A stretch of 43,234 bases of DNA, taken from an uncultured Mycoplasmatota bacterium. Lineage in GTDB: Bacteria > Bacillota_I > Bacilli_A > RF39 > UBA660. Numbering within the stretch: position 1 is the stretch's first letter; the number at the start of each line of letters is the position of its first letter. The translations under genes and the position numbers were made by a program. This document shows positions 18,202 to 29,082 of the stretch, in pieces. A model generated the notes under the pieces. The model was not told where the DNA came from, ran no database searches, and saw only the letters and a program-made list of their open reading frames with translations. Where the stretch lies: the NCBI GenBank assembly GCA_947569245.1, contig CANORV010000003.1, forward strand, positions 1 through 43,234, written 5' to 3'.

Positions 18202-20854
18202 CTTTTTTACCTATATATTTATATGACTCCATTACAATTATAATAGGAAGAGCTAGTAAAAAGATTATAACTAAATGTTTTAAAGGGATACTTGATGTCG
18301 ATAGTAGTTTGTTTAAACTGTCAACTTCCATAATAATTATTTGTAAAAGAATTGTTACTGTTATACTTACAAATAGGAAGGGATTATTAATTTTTGTTTT
18401 AAAGATTGATTTATCCTCACTTCGGCAATTAAAGACATGTAAGTTTTGAATGAAAACCATAAGAGTCATTACATAGCCTCTAGCAATTGATATATCAAAG
18501 TTAAATACCTTTAGTAAGATAAACCAAAATATAAAAACAAGTAATCCCATTGTTAAACCTGATACTAAAACTTCTTTTATTAGTGTTTTATCAAATAGAG
18601 GTTCTTTAGTATTTCTAGGCTTTTTGGTCATTACATATTTGTCATTTTTTTCAAAGGATAAAGCCATATCTTGAAAACCGTCTGTAACAATATTAATCCA
18701 TAATAACTGAATAGCTACTAAAGGAAGAGGTAAATCAAAGATAATTGAAAGGGTAAAAAACAATACTTCTGCAAAGCCACTAGATATTAAAAAGTATGCT
18801 ACCTTTCTAATATTACTATAAGCTCCCCTTCCTTCTTCAATTCCTTTAACAATTGAGAGAAAATTATCATCTGTAATAATCATTGTTGCAGTTTCTTTAC
18901 TGACATCTGTTCCACTTCCCATTGCAACACCAAGATTAGCTGTTTTGATTGCTGGAGCATCATTTACTCCATCACCTGTTACTGCAATAAATTCATTTTT
19001 TCTTTTTAGGGAATTTACAATTTCTAATTTTTGGATTGGAGTAACTCTAGCAAAAACTTTTTTATCTTTAATAAAATTATCAAATTCTTTTTCATCTTTG
19101 CTATCTAAGTATGTAGCTAATTCTTTACCTGTTGTTATTTCTTTGTCATTATTAGCTATATTTAATTCTTTTGCAATTGATAGAGCTGTTAAAGGATGAT
19201 CACCTGTTATCATTAAAACATCAATTCCTGCTGTATGGCACTTTTTGATAGCATGTTTTACTTCTTTTCTTACTGGATCAATGAATGAGACTAATCCCAT
19301 AAATGTCATGCTAGGAATATCTTTTTCATCATAAAAATCTTTCTCTTTAAAATTATTAGTAACACCCTTAGCTATAGCAATAACTCGGTAACCGTCTTTG
19401 GCTAATTGTTCATTTTGATTAAGTAATAGGTCTTTATCTATTTTTTTTACTTCTTTAGAGTCTTGCATTTTATCACAGAAAGTTAATACTTTTTCTAGTG
19501 AGCCTTTTATAGTACAATTTATAGTATCACTTTCTTTATAAAAAACTGCTGAGTAGCCCTTTTCTGATTCATAAGGAATTGATACTAAATTAGATTTTTC
19601 TTTAGTTACACCAACCTTTTTACTGAGAGCTAAGAATGCTATATCAATTGTATCTCCAAAAAAATTCCAATTTTTTCCTTGTTTTTCTAGTGTTGCTTCA
19701 TTGTTAATCATTCCAAGATAGGCAATTTCTTTTAATGTTTTATATGATGCTTTTTCATATGCAACAATTTTACCTTTATCATTATAGCCTGTTCCTGTTA
19801 TTTCAAAAATATCACCGTTTGGAAGAAGTACTTTTTTGGCAGTTTGTTCATTTACTGTTAAAGTTCCTGTTTTATCACTAGCTATTACGGTACAGCTTCC
19901 TAGGCTTTCTACAGCATTTAATTTTTTGACAATAACATTTTTCTTAGACATTCTATTTGATGCTATAGTTAAGGCCAAAGTTAAAGCAAGTGGTAGCCCT
20001 TCTGGCATAGCTGATACTCCTAAGGCTACAACGGATAAAAATATTTCTTCAAATTTCATGCCTTTTATTAGCATGATTAAAGTTAAAATAACCGAAATAG
20101 CTAAAATAATTAGAGTAATTTGATGAGAAAATTTTTCCATTCTAATGACAAGTGGTGATTTTTCCTCTTTTGTTTCAATTACTTTTGTTGCAATATGACC
20201 TATTTCAGTATCTGTTTTAATTGCCGTTACAACTCCAATTGCCCTTCCTGTTATAACACTACAACCTGCATAAGCCATGTTTTTGGTATCACTAATAGAA
20301 AATGCTTCTTTAATTGGTAAATGATTCTTAACTACAGAAACACTTTCTCCTGTTAAAACAGATTCATCAACTGTAAAATTGGTTGTTTGTAAAAGTCTTA
20401 TATCTGCAACTATCTTATCTCCTGACTCCATCAGAATAATATCACCAATAGTTACTTCTTCACTGTTTATTAATGTTTCCTTTTTATCTCTTAAAACTTT
20501 TGTCTTTACTTTAATTAATTTTTTTAAAGAATCGGCACTTTTTCCAGCTTTCCATTCTTGAAAAGTACCTAAAATGGCATCTATAAAAATAATAAAAATA
20601 ATTACTATTGCATCAATAACTTCATCAACAATAAATGAAAAGATACATGCTAGTATCATGACCCAAATTATTGGATCTTTAAATTGAGAAAAGAAAATTT
20701 CTATAGCATTTTTCTTTTTCTCTTTTGGCAATAAATTTTTACCATATATTTTTAATCTTTTTAAGGCTTCCTCTGTAGTTAAACCTGAAATATTTGAGTT
20801 AACCTTATCTAGGACCTCTTTTTCTTCCATTTGATAAAATTTATTGTTATCCAT
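18191..20854 (-). CDS. P-type IIA cation (probably Ca2+) transporting ATPase
   Basis: TGES, PEGLP, SDKTGTLT, MITGDH, TGDGVNDAPA and QLLWIN. Confidence 0.93.
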   Translation of the reverse strand: MDNNKFYQMEEKEVLDKVNSNISGLTTEEALKRLKIYGKNLLPKEKKKNAIEIFFSQFKDPIIWVMILACIFSFIVDEVIDAIVIIFIIFIDAILGTFQEWKAGKSADSLKKLIKVKTKVLRDKKETLINSEEVTIGDIILMESGDKIVADIRLLQTTNFTVDESVLTGESVSVVKNHLPIKEAFSISDTKNMAYAGCSVITGRAIGVVTAIKTDTEIGHIATKVIETKEEKSPLVIRMEKFSHQITLIILAISVILTLIMLIKGMKFEEIFLSVVALGVSAMPEGLPLALTLALTIASNRMSKKNVIVKKLNAVESLGSCTVIASDKTGTLTVNEQTAKKVLLPNGDIFEITGTGYNDKGKIVAYEKASYKTLKEIAYLGMINNEATLEKQGKNWNFFGDTIDIAFLALSKKVGVTKEKSNLVSIPYESEKGYSAVFYKESDTINCTIKGSLEKVLTFCDKMQDSKEVKKIDKDLLLNQNEQLAKDGYRVIAIAKGVTNNFKEKDFYDEKDIPSMTFMGLVSFIDPVRKEVKHAIKKCHTAGIDVLMITGDHPLTALSIAKELNIANNDKEITTGKELATYLDSKDEKEFDNFIKDKKVFARVTPIQKLEIVNSLKRKNEFIAVTGDGVNDAPAIKTANLGVAMGSGTDVSKETATMIITDDNFLSIVKGIEEGRGAYSNIRKVAYFLISSGFAEVLFFTLSIIFDLPLPLVAIQLLWINIVTDGFQDMALSFEKNDKYVMTKKPRNTKEPLFDKTLIKEVLVSGLTMGLLVFIFWFILLKVFNFDISIARGYVMTLMVFIQNLHVFNCRSEDKSIFKTKINNPFLFVSITVTILLQIIIMEVDSLNKLLSTSSIPLKHLVIIFLLALPIIIVMESYKYIGKKEKQ

Positions 20855-20862
20855 TGTCTTTC

Positions 20863-23169
20863 CTACTTTCTATAATATTCTTCAATTACTTTTATAATGC
20901 GGTCATATTCATCGAGCAATTTTTGAAAGTTTTCATTTACATAGTGGCTGTCATTTTCTTTGGCTTTTATTTCATGTTCAAAGCAAATACTTGCTAAAGT
21001 GTCAATTCCTAAGTATTTACTGTCACTTTTTATACTGTGTGCTAATATACTATAGTTTTCAAAATTTTGTGTTTCAATAAATTTAATTAGTTCTTCTCTT
21101 CTTTTGTTTGATAAAGAATAAAATTCTTCTAATGTTTCAAAGAATAAGTCATTATCCCCTAGAATTTCGATTCCATGAGATATATTTATTCCATTTTTTA
21201 TTAAATAGTCTGTTTTGTTTGAAGATGAATTTGAGACATTATTAGTTTCATTATTTTGATGGTTTTTATAATCAAGTGTTTCTTCATTAGTATTTTTATT
21301 GTTTTTCTTAGTTAGATATGTACTTAATATTCTAACTAATTCCAATTTATCAATTGGTTTTGATAGATAATCATTAAAACCTTCTTTTATGTATGAATCT
21401 TTCATTCCTTCTATAGCATTAGCTGTTAAAGCAATTACTGGAATATTAAAATTTTTATCTTCTTTTAGCTTGTGTAATGTTTCTGTTCCACTCATGTGGG
21501 GCATCATGTCATCCATAAAAATCAAATCATAGTTTTCTTTGTTAGTGATAATCTTTTCAAGACAACTACTACCGCTTTCAACAAGAGTTGATTCTATGTT
21601 AAAACTTGTTAGAATTCTGTTTGCTAGTTTTAAGTTTATTTTATTATCATCGACTACTAGTATTTTTGTATTACTAAAATCTAGAGCTTGTAATTGCTTT
21701 GTTTCACTTAAATAGTCGTCTTTGTCATTTGGACAGTTATAACTTTTTATTATTTGATTTATATATATGGTAAATTTAGAACCTTCTTGAAACTTACTTT
21801 GAACAACAATTTTACCTCCTAACATTTCAACTAGTTTTTTGGTTATTGCAAGTCCTAATCCGGTGCCCTCAATTGTTGTATTTCTTTCTTCATCAAGTCG
21901 TTCAAATTTAGTAAATAATTTATCTATTTTCTCTGGTTTTATTCCTCTTCCAGTATCTTCAATACTGATAATTAATGTTGATTGTTCTTGTTTATTTATG
22001 CATGATACAGTGAAATCAATGTATCCCTTATCTGTATATTTAATAGCATTTGTCAAAATATTAGTAATTATTTGTTTTATTTTTTGAATGTCCCCGTATA
22101 AAACTGCTGGCAAATCGTTACAAAATGATGTTCTTAATTCAATTGGCTTTTCTCCAATTCTAGTTGCTGATAGTTTAGCAAGATTAGATAGTTCTTTTTT
22201 TATATTATACTCTTTATTTATTATTTCCATTTTATTAGCTTCTATTTTAGAAATATCTAAAACACTATTAACAATTTCAAGTAAATTTTGAGAGGCCATT
22301 ATAATATCCTTGGCATCATTTTTTGCTGCGTCTAATGTTTCTTCTTGTAAAATACACTCACTAAAACCGACAACAGCATTAAGTGGTGTTCTTATTTCAT
22401 GAGACATGTTTGATAAAAATTCTGATTTAGCATGATTGGCTTTTTCGGCATGTTCCTTTGCTAAATTTAATTCTCCTATTAATTTTACATCTGGATTTTC
22501 TATAGTAAAATACATAAATATTACGACAAAGTTTAAAAGTGCTGTTACTAATAATAATTCAGGATTAGACATTTGAATTGATATTATTGGGATTGATAAA
22601 ATAATAAATGATATGATAGGTAGAAGACTTTTTTTATTAATTCTATTAATATTAAATATTATATATATTATCCAAGTTAATATAGTTAATCCAGCTGATA
22701 TATATAGGAATGTGGTATTTGGTCCATAAGCATAAATGACTTTTCCGTCTCTATAAAAATAAAATGGTAAAATAATATTAATTATAATAAAAATTATATA
22801 TATTATTGTTACTATATTTATAATTTTTTTGTTTTTATTAGCTTCCATCATAGGATTTTCTTTTTTCATTGCTTTCTTTTTGGGTGTTCTTTTTAAAAGA
22901 AAGATATATAGAGTTATTAAATAGCATATAGTAAGAAGATAAGAATAATATGCTTTTAAGATAAAGAAGCGAAAATAGTGATTATCAGGTAAACTTAGAC
23001 TAGCCCAAATACCAAGTAAATCAAAAACTACTCCAATTATTGATGCTAAAAGTAAATATTTATAGATTTTGTTTTCGATAGTATCAATTCTTTGTTTGCT
23101 TAAATAAACAATTGTTATTAAAACAATATAAAACAGGCTTCCTACTAATAATAATACACTAGCATGCAT
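20863..23169 (-). CDS. Hybrid sensor kinase: multi-TM sensor, HisKA, HATPase, REC, Hpt
   Basis: [42 protein letters not shown] and [12 protein letters not shown]. Confidence 0.93.
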   Translation of the reverse strand: MHASVLLLVGSLFYIVLITIVYLSKQRIDTIENKIYKYLLLASIIGVVFDLLGIWASLSLPDNHYFRFFILKAYYSYLLTICYLITLYIFLLKRTPKKKAMKKENPMMEANKNKKIINIVTIIYIIFIIINIILPFYFYRDGKVIYAYGPNTTFLYISAGLTILTWIIYIIFNINRINKKSLLPIISFIILSIPIISIQMSNPELLLVTALLNFVVIFMYFTIENPDVKLIGELNLAKEHAEKANHAKSEFLSNMSHEIRTPLNAVVGFSECILQEETLDAAKNDAKDIIMASQNLLEIVNSVLDISKIEANKMEIINKEYNIKKELSNLAKLSATRIGEKPIELRTSFCNDLPAVLYGDIQKIKQIITNILTNAIKYTDKGYIDFTVSCINKQEQSTLIISIEDTGRGIKPEKIDKLFTKFERLDEERNTTIEGTGLGLAITKKLVEMLGGKIVVQSKFQEGSKFTIYINQIIKSYNCPNDKDDYLSETKQLQALDFSNTKILVVDDNKINLKLANRILTSFNIESTLVESGSSCLEKIITNKENYDLIFMDDMMPHMSGTETLHKLKEDKNFNIPVIALTANAIEGMKDSYIKEGFNDYLSKPIDKLELVRILSTYLTKKNNKNTNEETLDYKNHQNNETNNVSNSSSNKTDYLIKNGINISHGIEILGDNDLFFETLEEFYSLSNKRREELIKFIETQNFENYSILAHSIKSDSKYLGIDTLASICFEHEIKAKENDSHYVNENFQKLLDEYDRIIKVIEEYYRK

Positions 23170-23316
23170 TTAATATCACTTCCTCGTATTATATATATAA
23201 TACCATAATTTTTTTAAATATAAAATATTAATTATATCGAAATTTAATTTTGTCCTAAGATTTTTTCTAATGCGTTAGCTTTTTATTTTTTTCTAAAAAA
23301 TTAAAAAAACAGTTTC

Positions 23317-24834
23317 TTATTTATTTCGAAACTGTTTTACTAATTTTTTTACTTCTTTATTTTTTTCTTCTTTATCGGTTATTGTTTCATTTATCTTTCT
23401 CATTTGTTCAATTAAGCTATTTGATTCTTCAATTTGACTATCTACTACTTGATTCCACATAAGAGATATTTCTTTTATATCCTTATTTCTAGTATTTATA
23501 GGAAAGCCATAATTTACAATTGCTTTATTTTCTACATCTAAGTTATCTGGCACCCATACAATAGAAAATGGTTGGATAAATCCATCTTCTGCTTTTACTA
23601 ATCTAAATATTCTGTTTGATTTTAGTGGAAGTATGTTTTGCTTATCTGGCTCTCTATTTAATGTTCCTTCTGGGAATAAGCCTACTGCTCCATCCCACTT
23701 TAGCATCTGCCCTAGCATTTCAATACTTTTTAGATTAATATTCATATAATTTTCATCTGTTTTTCTAGCAATTGGTACGGCTCCAACAGACGTTATAAAA
23801 GCTGCTGACAAATAACATGGTATTGGATGTTTACCCTCACTAAATAAGTTTTCTTTTCCTTGAAACATTCTAAGTAAGGCTCCCCAATGTAGTTTTCTAT
23901 TTTGTGTTGTTGTAACTAAAGCTGGATCAAGCTTATTTCGGTGGCTTCCAACAAAAGCAACTGAACCAGTTTTTAAAATATTTTCATTTCCCTTAACTAT
24001 TGGTTTAATTTTACTATTTAAAATTGGTGTTCCTATTAATTTTACTAAACTGTAATTTGCTTCTGTTAAAATTTTTCTTAGATATAAAGGATTAATAATT
24101 TTGATGTCTGATAATGTTTTAGCTTTTTTATTATTTTTTTCATCTTTTTTTTCATTATTAGCCATATCTAATAATTTTCTTTCAAATTCATGAAGATCAA
24201 AATCGTTTATTCTTGTTACGTTTTCATTTAACTTAGAATTTATGTTATGAGAGTTTGAGATACAATAAATATTAGATTTTGATGTTATGGCATTGATAGT
24301 ATCAGTTTGATCTTCAAATACAAAATCGGGACTCATGGCATTTATGTAGTCAATTTTCTCTTGCTTAGATTTTACAAGTTTTAGTGAATCATAGCTTATA
24401 TTTCCGTTAGCTAATTGTATTTTTGTTAAAAGTGGAACAATTTGTAACCTTATGAAATCTTTTATAAATGATGAATTTTCACTAGATTTTTTTCCTCTTG
24501 TTGAGACAAACTGGATATAGTAATCGTTTAATTTTAAAAAATCAATTAATTCTTTAACTCCTGGCTTTATTGGCATCATACAATATTTTATAAAATTTTG
24601 ATTCCAAAAATCTTGATTTATTTTATCACTTTTTTTGATGGCTTCCTCTTCTGTTAGACCATTTTCTATAAAATATTCCTTTAAGGCAAAAACTTCTTTT
24701 AAGTCATATCCCTCTTTATTTATAATGTCTCTTTCTATTTTATATTTTTTCTTTAGAAATGATGGTGCATTTTCAATCATAAATCTTGTTTCTTCTACAA
24801 TGCTATCATCAATATCAAATATTGCTATTTTCAT
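23317..24834 (-). CDS. HAD-like hydrolase domain fused to a PlsC-family acyltransferase
   Basis: N-terminal IFDIDDSI, FVSTR and VFEDQ (HAD motifs I, II, IV). C-terminal SHRNKLD (HxxxxD) and LFPEGT. Confidence 0.8.
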   Translation of the reverse strand: MKIAIFDIDDSIVEETRFMIENAPSFLKKKYKIERDIINKEGYDLKEVFALKEYFIENGLTEEEAIKKSDKINQDFWNQNFIKYCMMPIKPGVKELIDFLKLNDYYIQFVSTRGKKSSENSSFIKDFIRLQIVPLLTKIQLANGNISYDSLKLVKSKQEKIDYINAMSPDFVFEDQTDTINAITSKSNIYCISNSHNINSKLNENVTRINDFDLHEFERKLLDMANNEKKDEKNNKKAKTLSDIKIINPLYLRKILTEANYSLVKLIGTPILNSKIKPIVKGNENILKTGSVAFVGSHRNKLDPALVTTTQNRKLHWGALLRMFQGKENLFSEGKHPIPCYLSAAFITSVGAVPIARKTDENYMNINLKSIEMLGQMLKWDGAVGLFPEGTLNREPDKQNILPLKSNRIFRLVKAEDGFIQPFSIVWVPDNLDVENKAIVNYGFPINTRNKDIKEISLMWNQVVDSQIEESNSLIEQMRKINETITDKEEKNKEVKKLVKQFRNK

Positions 24835-24864
24835 GTTTACTCCCCCTTAAATATATTCGTTGCT

Positions 24865-24893
24865 ATTATACTACTAAAATTTCATTAAGTCAA
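24865..24893 (-). promoter_or_regulatory. SigmaA promoter of the HAD-PlsC gene
   Basis: Minus strand TTGACT-N17-TATAAT. Confidence 0.8.
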
Positions 24894-24935
24894 CATTTTT
24901 GTTTACTGTGTGTAATCATCTTGAGATAATTAATA

Positions 24936-24964
24936 TTGACATATATGTAATATTTTGATATAAT
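24936..24964 (+). promoter_or_regulatory. Consensus sigmaA promoter of the kinase-like gene
   Basis: TTGACA-N17-TATAAT with an extended -10 TG (24956-24957). Confidence 0.88.
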
Positions 24965-24996
24965 ATCGAGCTATAAAAGAGGGGAATAAATGTTTT

Positions 24997-26057
24997 ATGA
25001 AAGTAAATGATGCTCTTATTAATCACTATCGTAGTAAGATGATTCCAACACATGAACTAAAAAAATTAGTTTCAATTAATGAAGCTTATTTAAGGGAAAA
25101 ACCTACTTGGTATGAGATTAATGATAAACTACAGTATTTTAAAATAAGGAATGATTTTAGATTATTTACTGAATTATTCTATAGCAAATTGGCAGAGAGT
25201 TTTATGCAGTTACAATCACTAAAATATAATATTAGTAGTGTACGTACTATAATTCCTACTGTTCAAAAAAAATAAGGAAGAAGTAAAATGTGGGCCTTTG
25301 TCTGAAAATTTTCAGGATTTATCATATAATCATTATTTGGTAAGTGAATTAATGCAAGCTGAAATTTCTGATTTTGTAAGGTATGGTGGATACAGTTTAG
25401 AAGGGTTATTAAAATTTTTTAAAGATTATCTTAGTAATGATGATTATAAAGTAAATGAACTTTTCTTGATAAAACTATTTATTCTTGATGGCTTTACTTA
25501 TCAAGTTGATAGGAATCCTAATAATATAGCTTTCCAGATTCCAAAAATTGCTAATACATCTTATAAAGATAGACTTCATATAGAAAAGTTAAGAAAGAAT
25601 GATGAGGCTATAAAAAGTGGTGCACTGGAGTATAATCAGGATACTGGAACATATCTTATTAAGGGATTTTCTCCTAATGTTATATTCGATAATGAAAGAA
25701 TATTAGGAGTAGATCATAAGGATGTTCTTAATTACAATGCTGATAATTGTTGGATTCCAGAATTTCCTTATTCTATCGATTTAGAATTTAATAAAAATGA
25801 TATTGAGAAAGCTAATAAAGTAAAAAAAGAAGAATTTGATGGTGTTGATCCTAATTTATGCTCATTATATATGAATCATTATGAACTATGTAAACCATAT
25901 TTTGAAAGGGGTTGCTTATGACGATTCTTATCGTAAAATTTTAGAAGATTTTAAAGATAATAATAGTCCTGTTATTCTTTCTGATAATGATATTGAATAC
26001 GTTACAAATGTCTTAAAGAGTCAGCAAAAAGAATTTCAAAAAGTTATTTCTTTATAA
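24997..26057 (+). pseudogene. HipA/CtkA-like atypical kinase, about 352 aa, split by two +1 frameshifts
   Basis: Track ORFs 24997-25275 and 25298-25921 plus an open tail to TAA at 26055-26057 join if one A is removed from A8 (25265-25272) and one G from G4 (25908-25911). Motifs YFK, ELFYSKLA, LSENF, DRNPNN and FDNE. Confidence 0.72.
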
Positions 26058-26070
26058 TATTTTTAATTAT

Positions 26071-26146
26071 ATGTCCTATATTTAATTTAGGACATTTTCT
26101 TATGTTTTTATGTAATAACATAAAAAAGCCATAAATGACTTTTTTA
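26071..26146. terminator. Two hairpins between convergent genes
   Basis: ATGTCCTA...TAGGACATTTT (26071-26098) and TAAAAAAGCCAT...ATGACTTTTTTA (26121-26146). Confidence 0.65.
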
Positions 26147-26198
26147 ATCTATCCTAATTGCTAATTTTAAAATTTTTATAATTAAAAATATATGTCTT

Positions 26199-26477
26199 TT
26201 ATTTACTAATACTTTCTAGTTTTCTAGTCATATTAGCTATTTTTTTATCAATAATTTCATCCTCTACTTCACTATATAAAGCATATTTGTTTCTTATGAT
26301 AAGCTCTTTTAAATCTCTTGTAATTTCTAATTGTTCTTCTAGTAAATCAAAGTATTCTTCATATAGATAGTTGCTTTTAACCATAGATAATTCCTCGATA
26401 TAAGTTTTACATATTTCTTTAGACATGTTGTAAGCATTAAGTAAGATATCTTCTTTGGAAAATGTCAATTCATTCAT
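26199..26477 (-). CDS. Diverged Coat F-like protein (cassette 2)
   Basis: FSKEDILLNAYNMSK...YIEELSMVKSNYLY...LKELIIRNKY parallels ORF 8925-9245. ATG at 26477 overlaps the upstream stop by 8 nt. Confidence 0.6.
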   Translation of the reverse strand: MNELTFSKEDILLNAYNMSKEICKTYIEELSMVKSNYLYEEYFDLLEEQLEITRDLKELIIRNKYALYSEVEDEIIDKKIANMTRKLESISK

Positions 26478-26691
26478 CAAATAATTCACCACCATTGATA
26501 CAAGTATTTAAGATTTTGATAAAGGTCGTTAAGTGCCTATATAGACAATTTAAAAGTTCATTTAAAAGTTCAATTATAATTTCATCAGTTGTATAATCTA
26601 AATAAAGTGAAAGATTTTTATAATTTAAATAAACTTTATCAAAGCTTTGACTCATACTATTAACTTCTTCTTTAGTAATGCTATAATCCAT
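26470..26691 (-). CDS. Small helical protein, likely paralog of 9238-9462
   Basis: Similar length, H-containing helix and NGG end; GAAAGGA RBS before ATG 26691. Confidence 0.6.
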   Translation of the reverse strand: MDYSITKEEVNSMSQSFDKVYLNYKNLSLYLDYTTDEIIIELLNELLNCLYRHLTTFIKILNTCINGGELFDE

Positions 26692-26712
26692 ATTATCAAA
26701 TCCTTTCATATT

Positions 26713-26742
26713 TATAATGTGTAAAAGGTATTTGTTCTAAAC
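26713..26742 (-). promoter_or_regulatory. SigmaG/F-like promoter of cassette 2
   Basis: Minus strand GTTTA-N18-CATTATA. Confidence 0.55.
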
Positions 26743-26749
26743 ATAAGAA

Positions 26750-26788
26750 AACTAATAAATATATATTAAATTTATATATTTATTAGTT
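26750..26788 (-). terminator. AT-rich hairpin downstream of the LRR gene
   Basis: 16-bp inverted repeat AACTAATAAATATATA / TATATATTTATTAGTT. Confidence 0.6.
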
Positions 26789-26926
26789 GGTTTAACCTTA
26801 ACTATAAAAAGCACTAAAAATTTTTGTTGATTATTTTGGTATAAACTACTTCTACAGATTAGTTTATTTAAAAATACACTAGTGTTATCATATACAAATA
26901 GAAGTATTAAAAAACGGCCTTGCTTC

Positions 26927-28194
26927 CTAAAATTTTCCGTTCCATGAAGTACCTGTTGGTTTATTAGCTGGGCAAGTACTAAACATCATATTAACATCAG
27001 CATTATTACATACAAAGTTAGTGCCATATATAATTTTCAATAATTTTTTACAATAATAAAACATAGGATTCATATTTATTACACTACTTGCATCAAAGCT
27101 ACTTACATCTAAGTTTGTTAAACTGCTACAATTTAAAAACATACTTCCTATATTTGTTACACTACTCGTATTAAAGTTACTTACATCTAGGCTGGTTAGG
27201 CTACTACAGTTTGCAAATATACTAGACATACTTGTTACTTGAATGGTATTAAAATTACTTACATTAAGACTAGTTAAACTACTACAATTGTAAAACATAG
27301 CTGCCATATTTGTTACATTTTTTGTATTAAAGTTACTTACATCTAAGCTGGTTAAGCCACTACATCCATTAAACATCTTTCCCATGTCTATTACTTGAGT
27401 TGTATTAAAGTTACTGATATCTAAACTAGTTAATCCTCGACAATTATAAAACATCTGATACATGTTTGTTACCTTTTTTGTATCAAAGTTACTTAAATCA
27501 AGACTGGTTAATACACTACATCCACTAAACATACCTGACATATCTATTGTATTTATTGTACTAAAATTACTTATATCAAGACCTGCTAGGCTACTGCATC
27601 CACTAAACATATTTGACATATTTGTTACCTTACTTGTATCAAAGTTACTTAAATCAAGACTGGTTAATACACTACATTCACTAAACATAGAAAACATATT
27701 ATTGGCTCGACTTGTATCAAAATACTCCAAACCTTCAATACTAGCTAATTTTAAAAATCCAGAAAACAAATATGAACTATCTTCATTTGCTATAACTCTA
27801 CCATTTCCTTGGATATAGGCTGTATAAGCATTTCCCAGATAATTTGGTACGACGTGGGCCATAACTGTATTATCACTAGTCTCTGAAATATCAAAACTTT
27901 CACTTGCTCCTAGTATATCATGAATATTATTTTGAAAAATAACTCTTGTAATAGTTGTCTTATATTTCCATATTCCTGTATTTTCTTTATCTGTTACTTT
28001 CTTTATAATCGATTCCTTTGCAATTTTCATATGATTTATACTTTCTTGATTTACTGAGGTATTCCACAAAGCATAACTATTTTTTGTTAGTATAAAAGAT
28101 ATAACAGATATTATTCCAACTAATGCTAAAAATATAAAAATAATATTTCTTTCTTATTATCATTTAGCATGAGACATTGTTTAATCTTTTCCAT
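26927..28194 (-). pseudogene. BspA/DUF285-type leucine-rich-repeat surface protein with a frameshift near codon 15
   Basis: 26-aa repeats (MFxxCxxLTSLDxSNFxTxxVTNM). ATG at 28194 (GAGG RBS) is one base out of frame with the signal-peptide frame RNIIFIFLALVGIISVISFILTKNSYA|LW, which continues into track ORF 26927-28069. Confidence 0.78.
27060..27725. repeat. Tandem 78-nt coding repeats (about 8 units)
   Basis: LRR units; a 44-bp exact duplicate at 27478-27521 and 27634-27677 (offset 156 = 2 x 78). Confidence 0.9.
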
Positions 28195-28212
28195 AAAAAT
28201 TACCTCTTATTG

Positions 28213-29049
28213 CTAATTTAACTTTTTTATTTTATCATTTAATTTATTAATTTTTTTACTTTTTCTAGAATTGTTGGAATCTTTTAATTTTACTATTTTT
28301 TTCTCTATTTTATTTTTCGCTAAATTGCTTTTATACTTCTTTTTTTCAATATTAAAAATCGAAATAAAATTATTAATTACATTTAAAATACTATCTCCGC
28401 TTGGTAATAATATTTTAATTTTAGAAAAAGAATTGAAGAGCCTTTTAATATAGTAATTATTGTTTCTTAAAAAGTTTTCTACTTCACTATCTATAATTGA
28501 GGTAGAGTCTCCTTTTAAATTCTTAAATCTAAGTCTCAATCTAATCATAATTGTAAATGATAAGATATAATCAATGATAAATATTACAAGAAGTAATAAA
28601 CTTAGTATTGTCAAAATATCTTTATCTATTTTAGTAACTATATTATATAATGCTGGGTGAATAACATACATTAAAAGAAATCCTAGAATACCAAAGCCTA
28701 AAATAACTATTAAGCAGATTCTTCCTTCTATATTAAATGGTAAATTAGAATAATCCCACCATCTTACGTTAAATATTTTCTCCATTATAAAACTTGTTAA
28801 GTATTCAAAAAAAGCAGTTGATGTCATGATAAAAATAAAAAGTGCTAATGGATCATTTATGTATTTATTTAAAATTAATATCATAAAAAGTGCACAACAA
28901 CCATAAATAGGACAATATGGTCCTAGAAGAAAGCCTCTATTAAAACAAAGTTTTTTCTGATCAAATGTACTATAAAGACATTCTACTAACCACCCTAAAA
29001 CAGAGTAAATAAAAAAGAAAAAGAAGTAAAATAAAATTTCTTTCATCAT
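28213..29049 (-). CDS. DUF1113/CmpB-like putative permease membrane protein
   Basis: YSVLGWLVE, NRGFLLGPYCPIYG and RWWDYS...NIEGRICL. Confidence 0.88.
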   Translation of the reverse strand: MMKEILFYFFFFFIYSVLGWLVECLYSTFDQKKLCFNRGFLLGPYCPIYGCCALFMILILNKYINDPLALFIFIMTSTAFFEYLTSFIMEKIFNVRWWDYSNLPFNIEGRICLIVILGFGILGFLLMYVIHPALYNIVTKIDKDILTILSLLLLVIFIIDYILSFTIMIRLRLRFKNLKGDSTSIIDSEVENFLRNNNYYIKRLFNSFSKIKILLPSGDSILNVINNFISIFNIEKKKYKSNLAKNKIEKKIVKLKDSNNSRKSKKINKLNDKIKKLN

Positions 29050-29082
29050 TTACTACCTCCTTCTTTAACTTTACCTTTTTTG

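Noticed and set aside
25919-25936. TGA-as-Trp (code 4) readthrough to explain broken ORFs
   Set aside because: murG and gmk end at TGA in expected places, Trp is TGG, and reading through 25919-25921 hits TAA five codons later.
27060-27725. Periodic repeats as a possible CRISPR array
   Set aside because: The 78-nt period is in-frame LRR coding sequence; there are no unique spacers and no cas genes.
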